Origin: the human T2T-CHM13v2.0 reference genome, Homo sapiens
Strand: one strand, 5' to 3'
Length of the DNA: 64,000 nt
NCBI RefSeq assembly: GCF_009914755.1
Contig: NC_060927.1
Below the pieces are notes generated by a model. The model had not been told where the DNA came from and did no database searches. It worked only from the letters and a program-made list of their open reading frames with translations. How positions within the stretch are numbered: the stretch's first letter is position 1; each line of letters opens with the position of its first letter. Positions 1 through 13,699 of this stretch are shown piece after piece. The translations under genes were made by a program, and so were the position numbers.

Positions 1-17
1 TTCCTGGCTGTTTTCCC

Positions 18-333
18 TGTCTTTGTTTTTTGTTGTTTTGTTTTGTTTTGAGATAGCGTCTTGGTTTGTTATCCAAGCTGGAGCGTGCTGGCAATGATCA
101 TGGCTCACTGCAGCCTTGATCCCCCCAGATCAAGCCATCCTCCCACCTCAGCTTCCTGAGTAGCTGGGACTAGAGGCGCATGCCACCAAGCCCAGCTAAT
201 TTTTTAATTTTTGGTAGAGATAGGGTCTCCCTGTGTTGCTCAGGTTTGTCTTGAACCCCTGGGCTCAAGCAATCCTCCACGCCTCAGCCTCCCAGAGTGC
301 TGGGATTCCAGGCTTGAGCCACGATGCCCAGCC
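18..333 (-). mobile_element. AluJ-like SINE
   Basis: Antisense Alu body with a (TTTTG)n tail; TSD tgttttccc at 9-17 and 334-342. Confidence 0.9.
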
Positions 334-1329
334 TGTTTTCCCATTTTTAACTGATAAAGAATCACTGGCCTAGTCTAATCTTATTGATTTATAGATGAAA
401 CACTTCAGGCATGTAGAGACTAGGTGATTTTCCTGAGGTCCTGGAGTTAGTATTTGACCCAAGGCATTGAAACTCAGTCCATGGTCTTTCCGAATCCTCA
501 CCCATCTCTTTCTCACAACAAGATCGTGGGCCGTCCTCAGTCCCCAGTAATAAGATAGAATTCTGTTTGGTCATTTTGTCTTCTTAACTTTTCTTCTATT
601 TCAACCTTAGCATGAAGTGCTTTTTTTTTTTTTTTTGTCTGAGTTAAATGTTAAATGCCTTAGAAATTACCTTACCAGGCTTCACCTAGATCCCCAAACC
701 AACTTTATTCTTTTTTCTCAGCACTGATGCACCTGAATGAATTCAGTCTCATCCTATCACCTATCAACAAAAGGCTGGTTATGAAGTTTTTCCAGGATAG
801 CAGTTGCAATTCTTGCCCTTCAAAATAATCACATATAAGGGGACTGCCAGTTGCAGGGTGATATTTAATATAACTTTACATCATAGCCTCTGGTGATTCT
901 ATCTTAAAACTCATCAGGCAGTGCCTAAGTAAGCTAATTGAATACATTAAAAATTGAAAAAAATACTTCAAAGTAAAGCAGATTCTTATTGATCACCGTG
1001 TGTTATATATACCACTGTACTTGGTACCACAAGAGATACAAAAATAGGTAAGATACAGTCATGCTTTCAAAGAGCTTATAATCCAAACAAGGGAAATTAA
1101 AGTGTACTCTATGTTAGGTGCACTTAGTAGAAAAAGATAAGCGTCTTGGGAAATATAGTTTTAAAATTATATTAAAGAAAAAGGTTGAGGGTCTAGCAGA
1201 GTCTTCCAGGAAAAAGAATTTGAACTTGATTTTGAAAAACGAAAATCACTTCCATGGGCGTAAGCGGCGAGATGCATTTTGAACAATATTTATTGTGTGC
1301 ATAGTTTAGAAGCATGTGTACTCGACACT

Positions 1330-1655
1330 GCCACTTAAGGTATGGTTTGTGGATCATTCCAGTCTTTGAACTTTGTTACTGCTCCGTGACAAAATAAGTC
1401 TCATGCATCCAGTTTCTCTTATTGAGAGAAAGCACTTAGAAATGCATGGCTGTTTAACATGGCTTCACCATCCAAGCACATAATCAGTGGACTCAAATCA
1501 TTGCACCTGTTATAGACCAGTTTGGGCGTTACTGAGTCATCTGTGGTACAAGCTATGTGACATTTATGCAAGGTAGACCATATATGGCTTCATAAGACGT
1601 TGGGAAAACAAAGAACCTAGTCCTTCGCTGCAGATAATGTGAGAATAAAGACTGT
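1330..1655. mobile_element. Probable hAT-Charlie DNA transposon remnant
   Basis: The end ...gtccttcgctgcagataatgtgagaataaagactg resembles a Charlie-type terminus as recalled; degenerate. Confidence 0.35.
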
Positions 1656-2187
1656 AGGTTGTTCTTTATTTGCATACATAGTCATTTTGAGGAAGTGTTG
1701 TGTATATTAGCAATACGGAGCTGTTACTCATTATTGACTTATTTACAGTATCGTCCTTGCTTCTTTCTAATTTTATCATCTCATTACAGCACAGAAAAAA
1801 ATGTTAGCTTTATGACACTAGACAGCCATCCACAATGACAGTAGCACAAAAGGGATACGGGAAGCACAAAGTAAAGGGGTAGGCTAAAGACAAGCAGAAC
1901 AATACATAGAGGAGAGAAAGGGAGACGTCAAGCAGCCTGCGCCTGGAAGTTGTTAGTAAAATTAGTGACCAATGTGAAATAAGAGGGCTTATATTTTCAC
2001 TTCATCATAATCCACAGAAGATTAACCTTCAATGGGAAATTTTCTTCTAGAAGCTGAAACACAGCCTGTTGTGCCTTACTATTTTTTGTTAATTTCTTTC
2101 TATTATTTTCCTTATGTTGTTGTTTCCTGTTGTTGTTCCTATTTGGAAGGGATTCTTCATTTTGGACATTTTCTCTTCTCATTTCAG

Positions 2188-2314
2188 ATGATTCCACACT
2201 GCATGGCCCGATTTTTATTCAAGAACCAAGTCCTGTAATGTTCCCTTTGGATTCTGAGGAGAAAAAAGTGAAGCTCAATTGTGAAGTTAAAGGAAATCCA
2301 AAACCTCATATCAG
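2188..2314 (+). CDS. CNTN4: Contactin-4 internal coding exon, N-terminal half of Ig-like domain 1 (phase 1 to phase 2)
   Basis: Acceptor ttttctcttctcatttcag|ATGATTCC; donor ATCAG|gtttgt. Translation (D)[42 protein letters not shown] matches the CNTN4 mature N-terminus as I recall it and includes the first Ig cysteine. Confidence 0.96.
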
Positions 2315-2410
2315 GTTTGTTGATGTAAAAGCATGTGTTTCCATGCATATAGTTTCTGTTATTAAAATCAACAAATACTTATACAATGCTGGTTACATAA
2401 AGAGCTTTTA

Positions 2411-2736
<326 letters not shown>

Positions 2737-2744
2737 AAGAGCTT

Positions 2745-3353
<609 letters not shown>

Positions 3354-3539
3354 CGTAAAGAGCTTTTAGACAGGCATCATAGATATCCTGAAAGTCTAAG
3401 GAGATGACTGTTTCCTGAAAAGCTAAGTACCCAACCTCTGTTTTTCGTAGTGCTGGGAATTAAATATCCTGATTGACTTTCTCTTTGAAAACATTAACAA
3501 TTCATAACCACATATATTTAACTTAATAAACATATTTTA

Positions 3540-5540
3540 AACTATATCAGTAAACTGGCAGGAAAGTAAGAAATGTCAGAAGTCTACAAGTAAGTGGGTT
3601 TGGAACCGAAAGAAGTAAGCTGAACAATAAAGACAGTTTTCATGTTAATAAACTACAAGTATGAATTGAGCTTTGGTTTTCATGGCTTCAGAGAACAGAG
3701 GTCACAAGACAAAGCCTAGACAACCCACAGGAGAATCCAACATGAGAACATCTCCCAGAATAAACCTGGGATACAAGGGCTACATCTTTACAGTAAATGT
3801 GAACAAGAAATAAGCTTGACTTCCAAAGAGACTCAAAAGCACAGGTAATTGTGTATTTCAAACATTAAACCTTAGTGGTTCTAGTAGCAGATGAAAAACA
3901 ACTGAAAAGAATTTGTAAACTGCAAGATAGGTCTGAAGAAATCCTCCAGAGGCAGCAGAAAGAGACAAAGGGAAGCAAAATACTTTAAAAAGAAAGAGAG
4001 AAAAAATGTCTACTCAGGATTCCAGAAGAAGCATCAAGAAAGACTGAGGCAGAAGCAATATTTAAAGAGAAGGCTAAGAATTTTCCAAACTAATTGAAAC
4101 TTTCAAGCCGTAGCTATAGGAAGCCCAATGCACTTCAAGCAGTACAAATAAAAATGAAGCCACATCTAAAATAGTGAAATGGTAGAACACCGAGTCAAAC
4201 AGATTATCATAAAAGTAACCAAACTTGTAATACAGATGACATTCAAAGAGATCACAAACTGGCAGCTGACTTCTCAATAGCAACAAAAAATCAGGAGACA
4301 GAAGATAAAATATTCAGTACAGTGAGAGAAACTGTCAAATGTATGGATAGCCTAAATACTTCTTTTAAAGCAAAACAAAATAACTACATTTTTAGGCAGA
4401 CAGCAACCAAAATCTGACTCCAGCAGACCCTCACTAAAGGAAATTTTAAAAGACATACTTGAGGTGGAAGAGAAATGATTCCAGATAGAAGAGCTGAGCT
4501 ACAAGAATAAATAAGTAAAGCAAATGGTAAATGTTAGTAATTCCACAAAAAAATTTATTGCACAGAACAATAAAAATAATAAAAAGAATACTGTCTTGTG
4601 AAGATAAAAAGAAAAGTTAAAATTCATGACAACATTAGAAACAAATTTTTAAAAGATGTACTAGACAATGGATTGTCTATATGGTTAAAGAAATAAAATT
4701 GGAACCCTACTGCGCAGCATACACAAAAATCAATTCCGAGTGTATAGAAGACCTAAATGGGAAATTTGCAATACTTTTAAAAGCAGATGGGTTTACATAT
4801 TTATGACTTTGGGGAAGGAAGAGATTTTCTAAATATGACAGAAAAAATACAACTTATAAAAGAAAATATTTAACTGTATTAATATTGAAAACTTATGTTC
4901 AATAGAATATACTGAAATAAACAAAATTACAAGCTGTAAACTTGAAGAAGATTTTTAAGTATATTTGTTATGGGTAAGGGATTCATATCCAGACTATTTA
5001 AAGAATTTCCACAAACAGAATGTAAAAAACAACCTAGTGGAAACATTAGCTAAACACTTTAACAAGTATTTCTAGGAAAATGAAAACCAAAAATTCAGTA
5101 AACATAAAAAGATTGTCAATATCATTAGTGAACAGAAATATATAATTAAAACTACAACGACATACTCTTTCAAAACTACCAGATTGACAAATTTAGAAAA
5201 CTGACAATCTGTTGGTGAAGATGAAGAGCAAACAGAACCCTTGATTGAACACTGCTGGTAGCAATTTAAATTGGTAAAAGCCATTAAAAAAAAAAACACT
5301 CCCTAGTAAAGCTAAAGGTGCACGTACTCTATGATCCAGTGTATATGATTATGTTCATAGTATATTCACAAATACACATAACCTGGTATGTTCGTACAAG
5401 GTAACCTCATACAGTAGTAAAAATGAATGAATGACAGCTGCAACAAATGGGTAGATCTCAAGAACATAATTTTGAGTAAACCAGTTCACAGCCAAATGCA
5501 TAGTATGTAATTTCATATTCATAAAATTTGAAAGTGGTTG
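3540..5540 (+). mobile_element. Ancient L1M (L1ME/MD-like) remnant: ORF1-like segment joined to ORF2 3' end/3'UTR
   Basis: A-rich plus strand with degenerate L1 motifs (gcaatatttaaagag...aattttccaaact; gcatacacaaaaatcaattcc; attaaaactacaacgacatac). Probably resumes at about 6406-6620. Confidence 0.65.
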
Positions 5541-5571
5541 AGATGGAGTGGTTGTTCAAGGTATAGAGGAA

Positions 5572-6405
5572 GTAACAGAGGAAGCAAAACTTTACCCCTC
5601 CTCTCTTAGGATTTTTCAGCTAAGCCTGAGAATTAAATTAACATAAAGCAGATCAAAAGGAGAAAAACATATTTATTTAATACAAGTTTTACATGGCAAG
5701 GAAGCCTTCATAAGAAAATGAAAACCCAGAGATGCAGTTATCGTTGCACATTTATTTACTGAATTGGACAAAGAGTAGTAAATTGTGAAAAAGTAACTAA
5801 GTTATGTGGGGAGCTAGAAGAAAATATTTTAACAAGGTCTGGACAGAGTTTTCTCTGTCTCAACTTCCTGTCCTTGATGGAAAGAACGTTACTTTCCTTC
5901 TAATATAGAAAGGACATCTTTGGCATGGGGATTTTATCCTTGCTTTTTAGAAAAAGAATGAAGGTGAAAGTGGTCGTCTTGTACCTGCTGTTTTCCAAGT
6001 ACCTTTTTTTTTCCCCCAAGTACCTTTAACTCAAAATAGTCAATATAGGCAGGGCACAGTGGCTCACGCCTGTAATCCCAACACTTTGGGAGGCTGAGGC
6101 AGGAGGATGGCTTGAGGCCAGGAGTTTGAGACCAACCTGGGCAACATAGCAAGACCCCCATCTCTACAAAAATAATTTAAAAATTAGTTGGCCATGGGGG
6201 TGCACACCTGTAGTCTCAGCTAGTCAGGAGGCTGAGGTGGGAAGATCGCTTGAGTCTAGGAGTTCCAGGCTGCAGTGAGCTATGATTGCACCACTACATT
6301 CCATCATGGGTGACAGAGCAGGAACCGGTCTCTAAATAAATAAATAAATAAAAGTCAGTATGCCAGAGCAGCATATTTTTGGGTGGCATGCTCTGAACTC
6401 CTTCA
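5572..6405 (-). mobile_element. ERV1 solo LTR, MER34-like, interrupted by an Alu
   Basis: The end gcatatttttgggtggcatgctctgaactccttca is the reverse complement of the MER34-type 5' end (TGAAGG...AGAACATGCCACCCCAAAATATG). Confidence 0.65.
6048..6352 (+). mobile_element. AluJ-like SINE
   Basis: Sense Alu with (TAAA)n tail; TSD agtca(a/g)tat. Confidence 0.9.
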
Positions 6406-7427
6406 AATGATAACATACATGATAAAATTATAAAGAATATCACGGGAATGGAAAAGCCAAAATTAAAGATTATAATTAACCATTAAGAAGGAGTGGTATA
6501 ATCAAAGTAGATACAGCAGACTTCTAAAGTAATAATATCACTTTTAAACACAGATCTTCATTGGCTTATGATTTTTATAACTTACATACATCTTATAAAT
6601 ATTATGCCTCTATTCAAATTTGATAATGAAAAACTTTAGTCTAACAACTACTATCTAATATTATGTAAAAAACAAATATATATGTCATAGTTTAGGAGAG
6701 ACTGGAGTCATCAGGTAGGGTTCTCAGAAGAAATGGGATATGAACTGAGATAAGTAATTTTCAAATAGGCAGAGGGTAAAGGACATTGTATTCAAGTTAA
6801 AGGACGGCAGTATTAGTATAGTGGATATTATTTTAGAATTTACTTTACATGCTCATTTATCCATTTGTTCATTTATCAAACATATTCATTATTCATCCTT
6901 CAAACCTCACCAGTGTTTTTCAAACAGAATTCCAGGGCACATGGAATTGGCTTAAAGATCACCAGAGAAAGAAAATAACAGAATTTTCATCCAAGATTCA
7001 GCCTTTGCAGCTCTACTTTGAACTAGCCCATATATTAGGATTCTGAAAAATACGTCATATAGACAAAGTATTTAAACCACTCTATTAAGCAGCTGCAATG
7101 TACCAGGCAGCATGCTAGGTCTGAGTATTCAAAGATTAATCAACTCTACAACATGTTTACTAGTACTGTTAATTTGAGGACTGCCTAGATGTGGACGTAG
7201 TTGGAGTAGAATGATGTAACTACAAGTAAAGGATGACCAAGTTCTAGGTATTCTGGAGGAAAGAAAGTCTAATTCAGGATGGCGAAGGTAGATGTCACTG
7301 AAGTCTTCACAGAAAAGGAGATATTTTAATATATTTGGAGGGTGAATGGTTCTTTCATCACATGGATAAGGAAAAGAAGTGCATTCCAGAAAGTAAGAAA
7401 ACAACAACTCTCTAATGGACCATATAA

Positions 7428-7562
7428 TTAGGGTGAACATGTAATTTATCATCTGAGGTCACTTTTTAAAGCAGAAGGCCGCTGTTCATAATTATTCTAG
7501 GACAGCAGGTGTAAACCAAGCACTTGTCTTGGGCAAGCCAGAATGAATAGTTACTCTCCCTA
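7428..7562 (+). mobile_element. MER94-like hAT-Blackjack element
   Basis: tagggtgaacatgtaatttatcatc...ggacagcaggtgtaaacc...ccctag resembles the MER94 consensus with TAGGG/CCCTA termini. Confidence 0.6.
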
Positions 7563-9761
7563 GAATATATTAAACCCAAGGCTAAATCAAAGATTTTTAA
7601 ATACTTTGTGTAGTAAAGAATGCAGGAAGCAACGGCTCTTAGGTACACACATGATGAGTTAACTGGTCCTTGTTTGCCTTGCGTAGCCAAGTGTAAGGTC
7701 AGATGTTAGCCGTAAATGAAAACACATTTTGCAGCAGAATTTGGCAAGTGCTGCTTTGTTTTCCCCCAAACTGTGACCTTTAATTAACATTGCTTTTGTA
7801 ACACTGTGTTTCTAGATATAGGAGTTTGCCTTGTTATTTAAAGCAAGCAGTGAAACAGAAACCTATTATGTTTTTAGATTTCCAGGAAACACTGAGAACA
7901 AAACTTTTTAATCAAATGCACTAGCAATTTATTGCAGTATACTTCTTGCCTTTATGCCTTTGGCAGTGTCTCTGTAACATAATAGCAGACTGGTACCTGG
8001 GAGCTAAAACATTCCTCTTGTTGAAAGAAAGAGCAAGACAAAGAATGGAGAGATCAAGTATTTTCAGACACCTTTCTGCCTGAACTTTTTCAGTCTTCAG
8101 GCTGAATTTGAGGGGGAAGAACAAGTAGAAGAAATTCCGAAGTGAGTCTCCATGGGGATCTTCAGCACTAGGTTCTCTCCTCAGACACCGCAACTGACCT
8201 CTCTTCTTTGTGTTTATTCCCTCAACTGAGCCTTCTCTTTTCATTGTTTCCTGCCCCTCAATTTTGAAAGGATTGACCCAGACCCAGAAAAATTTAAGAA
8301 GTTTTAACTTGTGCCAACTTCCCTTATATTAAACTTCCCTAAGGACATATGACATTACTTAATGCACTCAGCATCCCTTTCCAGATAGAAGAAATGTTCA
8401 CTCACTTGGTCGGAGTACTTTTGCTGAGGTTTGTATTCAACTGAGTTGGCAGAAAACAAATTCCAAGTCATAAATGCCCTGACCTTCCCTTAGTGCCAAG
8501 TTGACACCATCAACAAAGAAAGAGGATTTTGCTACAGCAAAGCCACAGCATTTTACCCTCCAGAGTGTCACAGCATCGGTGTTTGGTTGTGCACAACCCC
8601 ACTCTCTGGAGAGAGTGGAGTCGTGGTTCCTCAAATGATTCAGAAATCAGCTTATGAGACTCACAAATTTCTCTTGTCCCTTGGGAAAATCTCTATTGGC
8701 TCCAAATGAGCATTGCCTCTATATTACCAACACTTAAAAGATTCCTCACACATTGAAAGTAAATTGTGAAATTTTCAAGCGTGTTTCAGTATACAGTGAG
8801 ATAAGAAATTCAGTGCAATCCACATTCAATTGGAATGAACAGTGACTGCATTGCAATAAAACTTGGTATAGCGCTTTGTAATAGAGACTCAACTGCATTT
8901 CGGAGAAAGCACTTTATTTTCTAAATAATCCCTTTTCGTTTGCTATTTGTATGTAAAAGCAGGCGATAAAGTAGATTAATGGACTTTCTGCACAGCATTT
9001 TAGTTGAGATGACTAGTGTAGGAAAACCTACAGAGGAGCTCTCATTATGCCCACAACCACTTTTCTAAAAAGACTCACATGGCCCCACTCCTAAATTCCA
9101 CACTCTGCTTGCAGCTCACATTATGTTGCGATTTCCTTTTTGAGTTCTTAGATTTGTCATATTAAATTGCTCTACTATCATTTGAAGTAAGAGTTATGGT
9201 CAAGACGTGATCAGCTGACTCAAAAAAAAAATGTCTAGGGCAGACAGTCAGTTCTAGAGATTCATGTGCACATAGAGCTGCTAGAATATAACCTGGCTGT
9301 TCTGTCTTTATTATACTTTCTTGTCTGTGTCAGAGCACAGAGAATTACTGTGGAGACTAAAAACATTGTCAGTTTCTAATCCCAATCTTCTTATATACAA
9401 ACACATAAAGAGGTACCTCATGTTTCTATTTCATGCTCCTGGTCTACCTTTCTTACCTCTCTTGTTTCTAAATTGTTACATTTCAAAGACATGAATAAAC
9501 ATGTGTTGCTATGTGGTAGTGTGCTGGAATGCTTCATAAATTGTGGATGTTCAAAGCTAAAATATCCAGCAAAGAAGTGAAATATTTAGTTAATTAAATT
9601 CAACCAGCATTTATGGAGCACAATGAGAGTGTTAGATTTTAGATGGCTAAAGTGAGAATACAAAAGTGATTTAGGTAAATTATCTACAGTAAAAGCAGCA
9701 TTCCTACATAAAGGAGCATGGACAATTCCGTAGGAGATTGGACAAAGCTTTGGTTAATTTT

Positions 9762-10068
9762 TGTTGTTTTTGTTTTGAGATGAGGTCTCGCTCTGTTGCC
9801 CAAGCTGGAGTGCAGTTGCAGTGGTGTGACCTTGGCTCGCTGCAGCCTCAATCTCCCAGGTTCAAGTGGTCCTCCCACCTCAGCCTCCTGAGTAGCTGGG
9901 ACTACAAGCATGCATGCACCACCACACCTGGCTAAATTTTGTATTTTTTGTGGAGGCAGCGTTGTGCCATGTTGCCCAAGCTATTCTCAAATTCCTGGGC
10001 TCAAGAGACCTGCCTGCTTCAGCCTCCCGAAGTGCCGAGATTACAGGCGTGAGCCACCGTGCTTAATC
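9762..10068 (-). mobile_element. AluJ-like SINE
   Basis: TSD ctttggttaatttt at 9748-9761 and 10071-10084. Confidence 0.9.
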
Positions 10069-11475
10069 ATCTTTGGTTAATTTTGACTAGAAATACTAAG
10101 GAAGACTTCATTGAAAGGGGTGTCACTGCAAAATGGCTTTGAAGTGGGACAGAGGTCTTGACAAAAAGAAGGGATTACCCTTCTGTATATTTGCTTTTGT
10201 TGATACCAGACATCCAAAATCTTGAAACTAACTCACGTACATTTTTTTCATGTAAATCCTTTTACATTATGTACAGACAACCACAGTACCCAAGAATGTT
10301 ATAAGATGATACACAGTGAATGTGCATGTGCACACACACAGATATTTAAATGGTGATTTTTACTATTTAAAGGAGATAAGGTTAATGGCTCTCATTCCTT
10401 ACTCTCATTATGGATTTGGATCAGTTTTGTTTGTGCTGCTGTATCTCTTAATTTTTAACATTCTGGTGTGAATGCTGCTGTGATACTCTTGGTAATTCAC
10501 AAACTCCTACTATGCTATTTTCGTTAGTTAATATTCTGTGTAAGAGTTGTGGGGGTAAACGAATCGGATAGTGACTGAGTTATATTAGTGCAAACGTTCT
10601 GAAGTGTTTAAATGACTTCTGAAAGGAGATTTGGTCAAGAGAAGCTCTCACTCTTTGGAATGGTATTGGTTGTAAAATGAAATAAAAACAAAAACATAGG
10701 TCTTATTACCAAAACTTCGCTGTTAAAATGTGTGGGTCCCACTAAACCTGCTTTACTGGGCTAAATACTCTAGTCACATACATAGGTGATCCAGGTAGAT
10801 AAACAGAAGGACAAAAAACAAAAAACCTGTCTTTGCCCCGATAACCTAATAGCCTAATCTGCAGTTTGCTGGGATGGTTGATTGATGTTTGTGTGCCGGT
10901 GGTGAAGGAGCTCTTCAAAGTGATCCACGGTTAAAGCAGGTTTGGTCCCCACAGCAGCTCAAGATCAATAGTTCCTCTGCTTTGCAGCCAGCCATTGCAG
11001 TCATATTAAGGACCAAATCAAAGCAACTCTGCTGCAATTTCATCAGATACTTAGCAATCTACCTGGAAATAGTATATGCTGTCATCTGTATAGACCTATT
11101 TAAAGAATGATTGCAAACTAGAAGGACTTTTACTGAGGAGCCCCATTTGAAGAAAGCTGCACAGGTGCTATGAGAAATCTGTGGCCCGCCTTCAAAACAG
11201 TGAAGTGTTTGTAGCATCATAAGTAGTCAGAAGAACATTTTAATGATATTAAAAAAATTTTAATATCATTGTTTACTTTAAAAGACATGCTCTTTCCATA
11301 TAAGCACTTAAGATGTCACCATTGCTGGGTAGAGCATTTCTAACTTCTTAATCATGCTTTTTACAAAAGTCACAAATGATTTTTCATGCTATTTATAGTT
11401 TTTATATATTTTAGACAATTCAGAAATATTGATTAATATGACAAGACTTTATCTACTGGCATTTTTATACTATAG

Positions 11476-11651
11476 GTGGAAGTTAAATGGAACAGATGTT
11501 GACACTGGTATGGATTTCCGCTACAGTGTTGTTGAAGGGAGCTTGTTGATCAATAACCCCAATAAAACCCAAGATGCTGGAACGTACCAGTGCACAGCGA
11601 CAAACTCGTTTGGAACAATTGTTAGCAGAGAAGCAAAGCTTCAGTTTGCTT
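11476..11651 (+). CDS. CNTN4: Contactin-4 internal coding exon, C-terminal half of Ig-like domain 1 (phase 2 to phase 1)
   Basis: Acceptor atttttatactatag|GTGGAAG; donor GCTT|gtaagt. AG+G gives Arg in frame with the previous exon. Translation [58 protein letters not shown] has the Ig core Trp and the DxGxYxC motif. Confidence 0.96.
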
Positions 11652-11961
11652 GTAAGTAGCAATTATACAATGCTGCAAATGTTGCTTTCAGTTTGTGTAC
11701 CATTATACCAATAAGCTTTTATAGCAGTTTCATTTTAGAGACTAGATTTTAATTGGTTACATGATCATCTTTACTCTTTTTCACATTTTGGAAACAATTT
11801 TGTTTGTAGGATAAACTGTAAATCTAAGTGAGAAGATGTATTCTTCTACTTCGATAAGGATTGAGATAGTTGATTGTATGATAATTTGATTATATGATGC
11901 TTTCTTTATATACAAATAAATTCACACACTGAGATTGACACATGTATAAATTTATGTAAAC

Positions 11962-12156
11962 AACAAATTTGACACCCACCCACACACACACACACACATT
12001 TTAAATAGAATGTGTATAAGCAAGCAATTGAACAAATTTTACACACACACACACCCACACACACATTTTAAATAGAATGTGTATAAGCGAGCAATTGAAC
12101 AAATTTTACACACACACACACACATTTTAAATAGAATGTGTATAAGCGAGCAATTA
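11962..12156 (+). repeat. Three-copy minisatellite (69, 67 and about 59 bp units), each with a variable CA tract
   Basis: Unit aacaaattt(g/t)-(CA)n-ttttaaatagaatgtgtataagc(a/g)agcaatt repeated three times. Confidence 0.95.
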
Positions 12157-13141
12157 AGCTGCCAGTAATTTAGTAGAGTCAATAAGAGAAATACTTTAAC
12201 GATAAAGGTGAGAGTTGGAAAAAAACTCAGTAGTCAATTAATCCTACAATTCTCTAATTGTTTCCTATTTCACAGAGTTGAAAAAATTTAAAGCAACTGT
12301 AATAATGACAAAAACATGGAGACAAAGTGTTATCCACCTTTGATATTTCCAGCTTAAAATGTTTAAAAAAACAAATAACCGTGTCTTAAGACCACCATTT
12401 AACAAAAGTCCATGAATATATGAAAGAAAGTGGAATTTAGAAATCACAATTTGAAAATAAAATCCATAGGCAAGAGCAATTAGCATACATTTGGGTATAG
12501 CCACCTTTGAGGATTGAGGTTCAGCTACATTTTTAAGGGTTTATGTATTTGCATGTGATTATATATTTCCTTGTGTGAAATCCCAACTCATATAGCAGTG
12601 AATTTTGGCATTAGCCAAAGGTTTCATAAAGTCTGCTGGCAGTAACACTGTAGAATATTCTCATTAACAAAATCCTCTCCAGGAACTCAACATCCAATAT
12701 ACCTAATATCCAGTTCCTAATCTATTAATGCCATTTGGTGGCATTTTTATAAGTTGGGAAATGAATTTTCTAAGTATTATGTATATGCGAGATTCCAGGA
12801 TTATTCTGTTAGTGAATGTCTCTTGAGATAGTCTTCTAAATATTCGTAGGTGTTTAGAATAATAGGAGAATAATATGTGTGATTGAATGTAACAGAACCA
12901 AAGTATTTCTTTCTCTTGGTTTAATACAAGTCTTGTATCTATATTGATTTTTTAGTAATGACAAATCTTGCTAAATTAATTTTTGGAAATAACCATAGGA
13001 TCATGTACTCTCAGAGTACGGGAAAATCTCATTATTTAGTAAATCTTGTAATTCTTTGAATTTTGGATGTCATAGTGTAGGAAATGTTTAACACAGTATA
13101 ACACCAAAAAAAAAAAAAAGGAGATGGAAATACTGTATCTG

Positions 13142-13435
<294 letters not shown>

Positions 13436-13699
13436 CTATACCCAAACTTCTTTATTGACAGCTTACATTTAAAAAAAAAAATTACCAGCTCTTAAGATTA
13501 TCCTTTTGTAAAAGACCGGGCATTTTACTACCAAAACATCAGAAAGATAGAATCTCATATTCAAGGACAGTCATTTACATAGAATAGTTTAACCAAAACA
13601 AAAAACAAAACAAAACAAACAAACAAACAAAAAGCTCTACCACTCAGTTCGTGGTGGGTTGACCTGAGGACCTACCAGGAAATGGAATCCACTTTGCTC

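Noticed and set aside
11429-11659. 76-aa ORF as a stand-alone gene
   Set aside because: It is the 176-bp exon plus flanking intron.
11962-12156. CRISPR-like repeat/spacer appearance
   Set aside because: The 'spacers' are just CA tracts, the context is a primate intron, and there are no cas genes.
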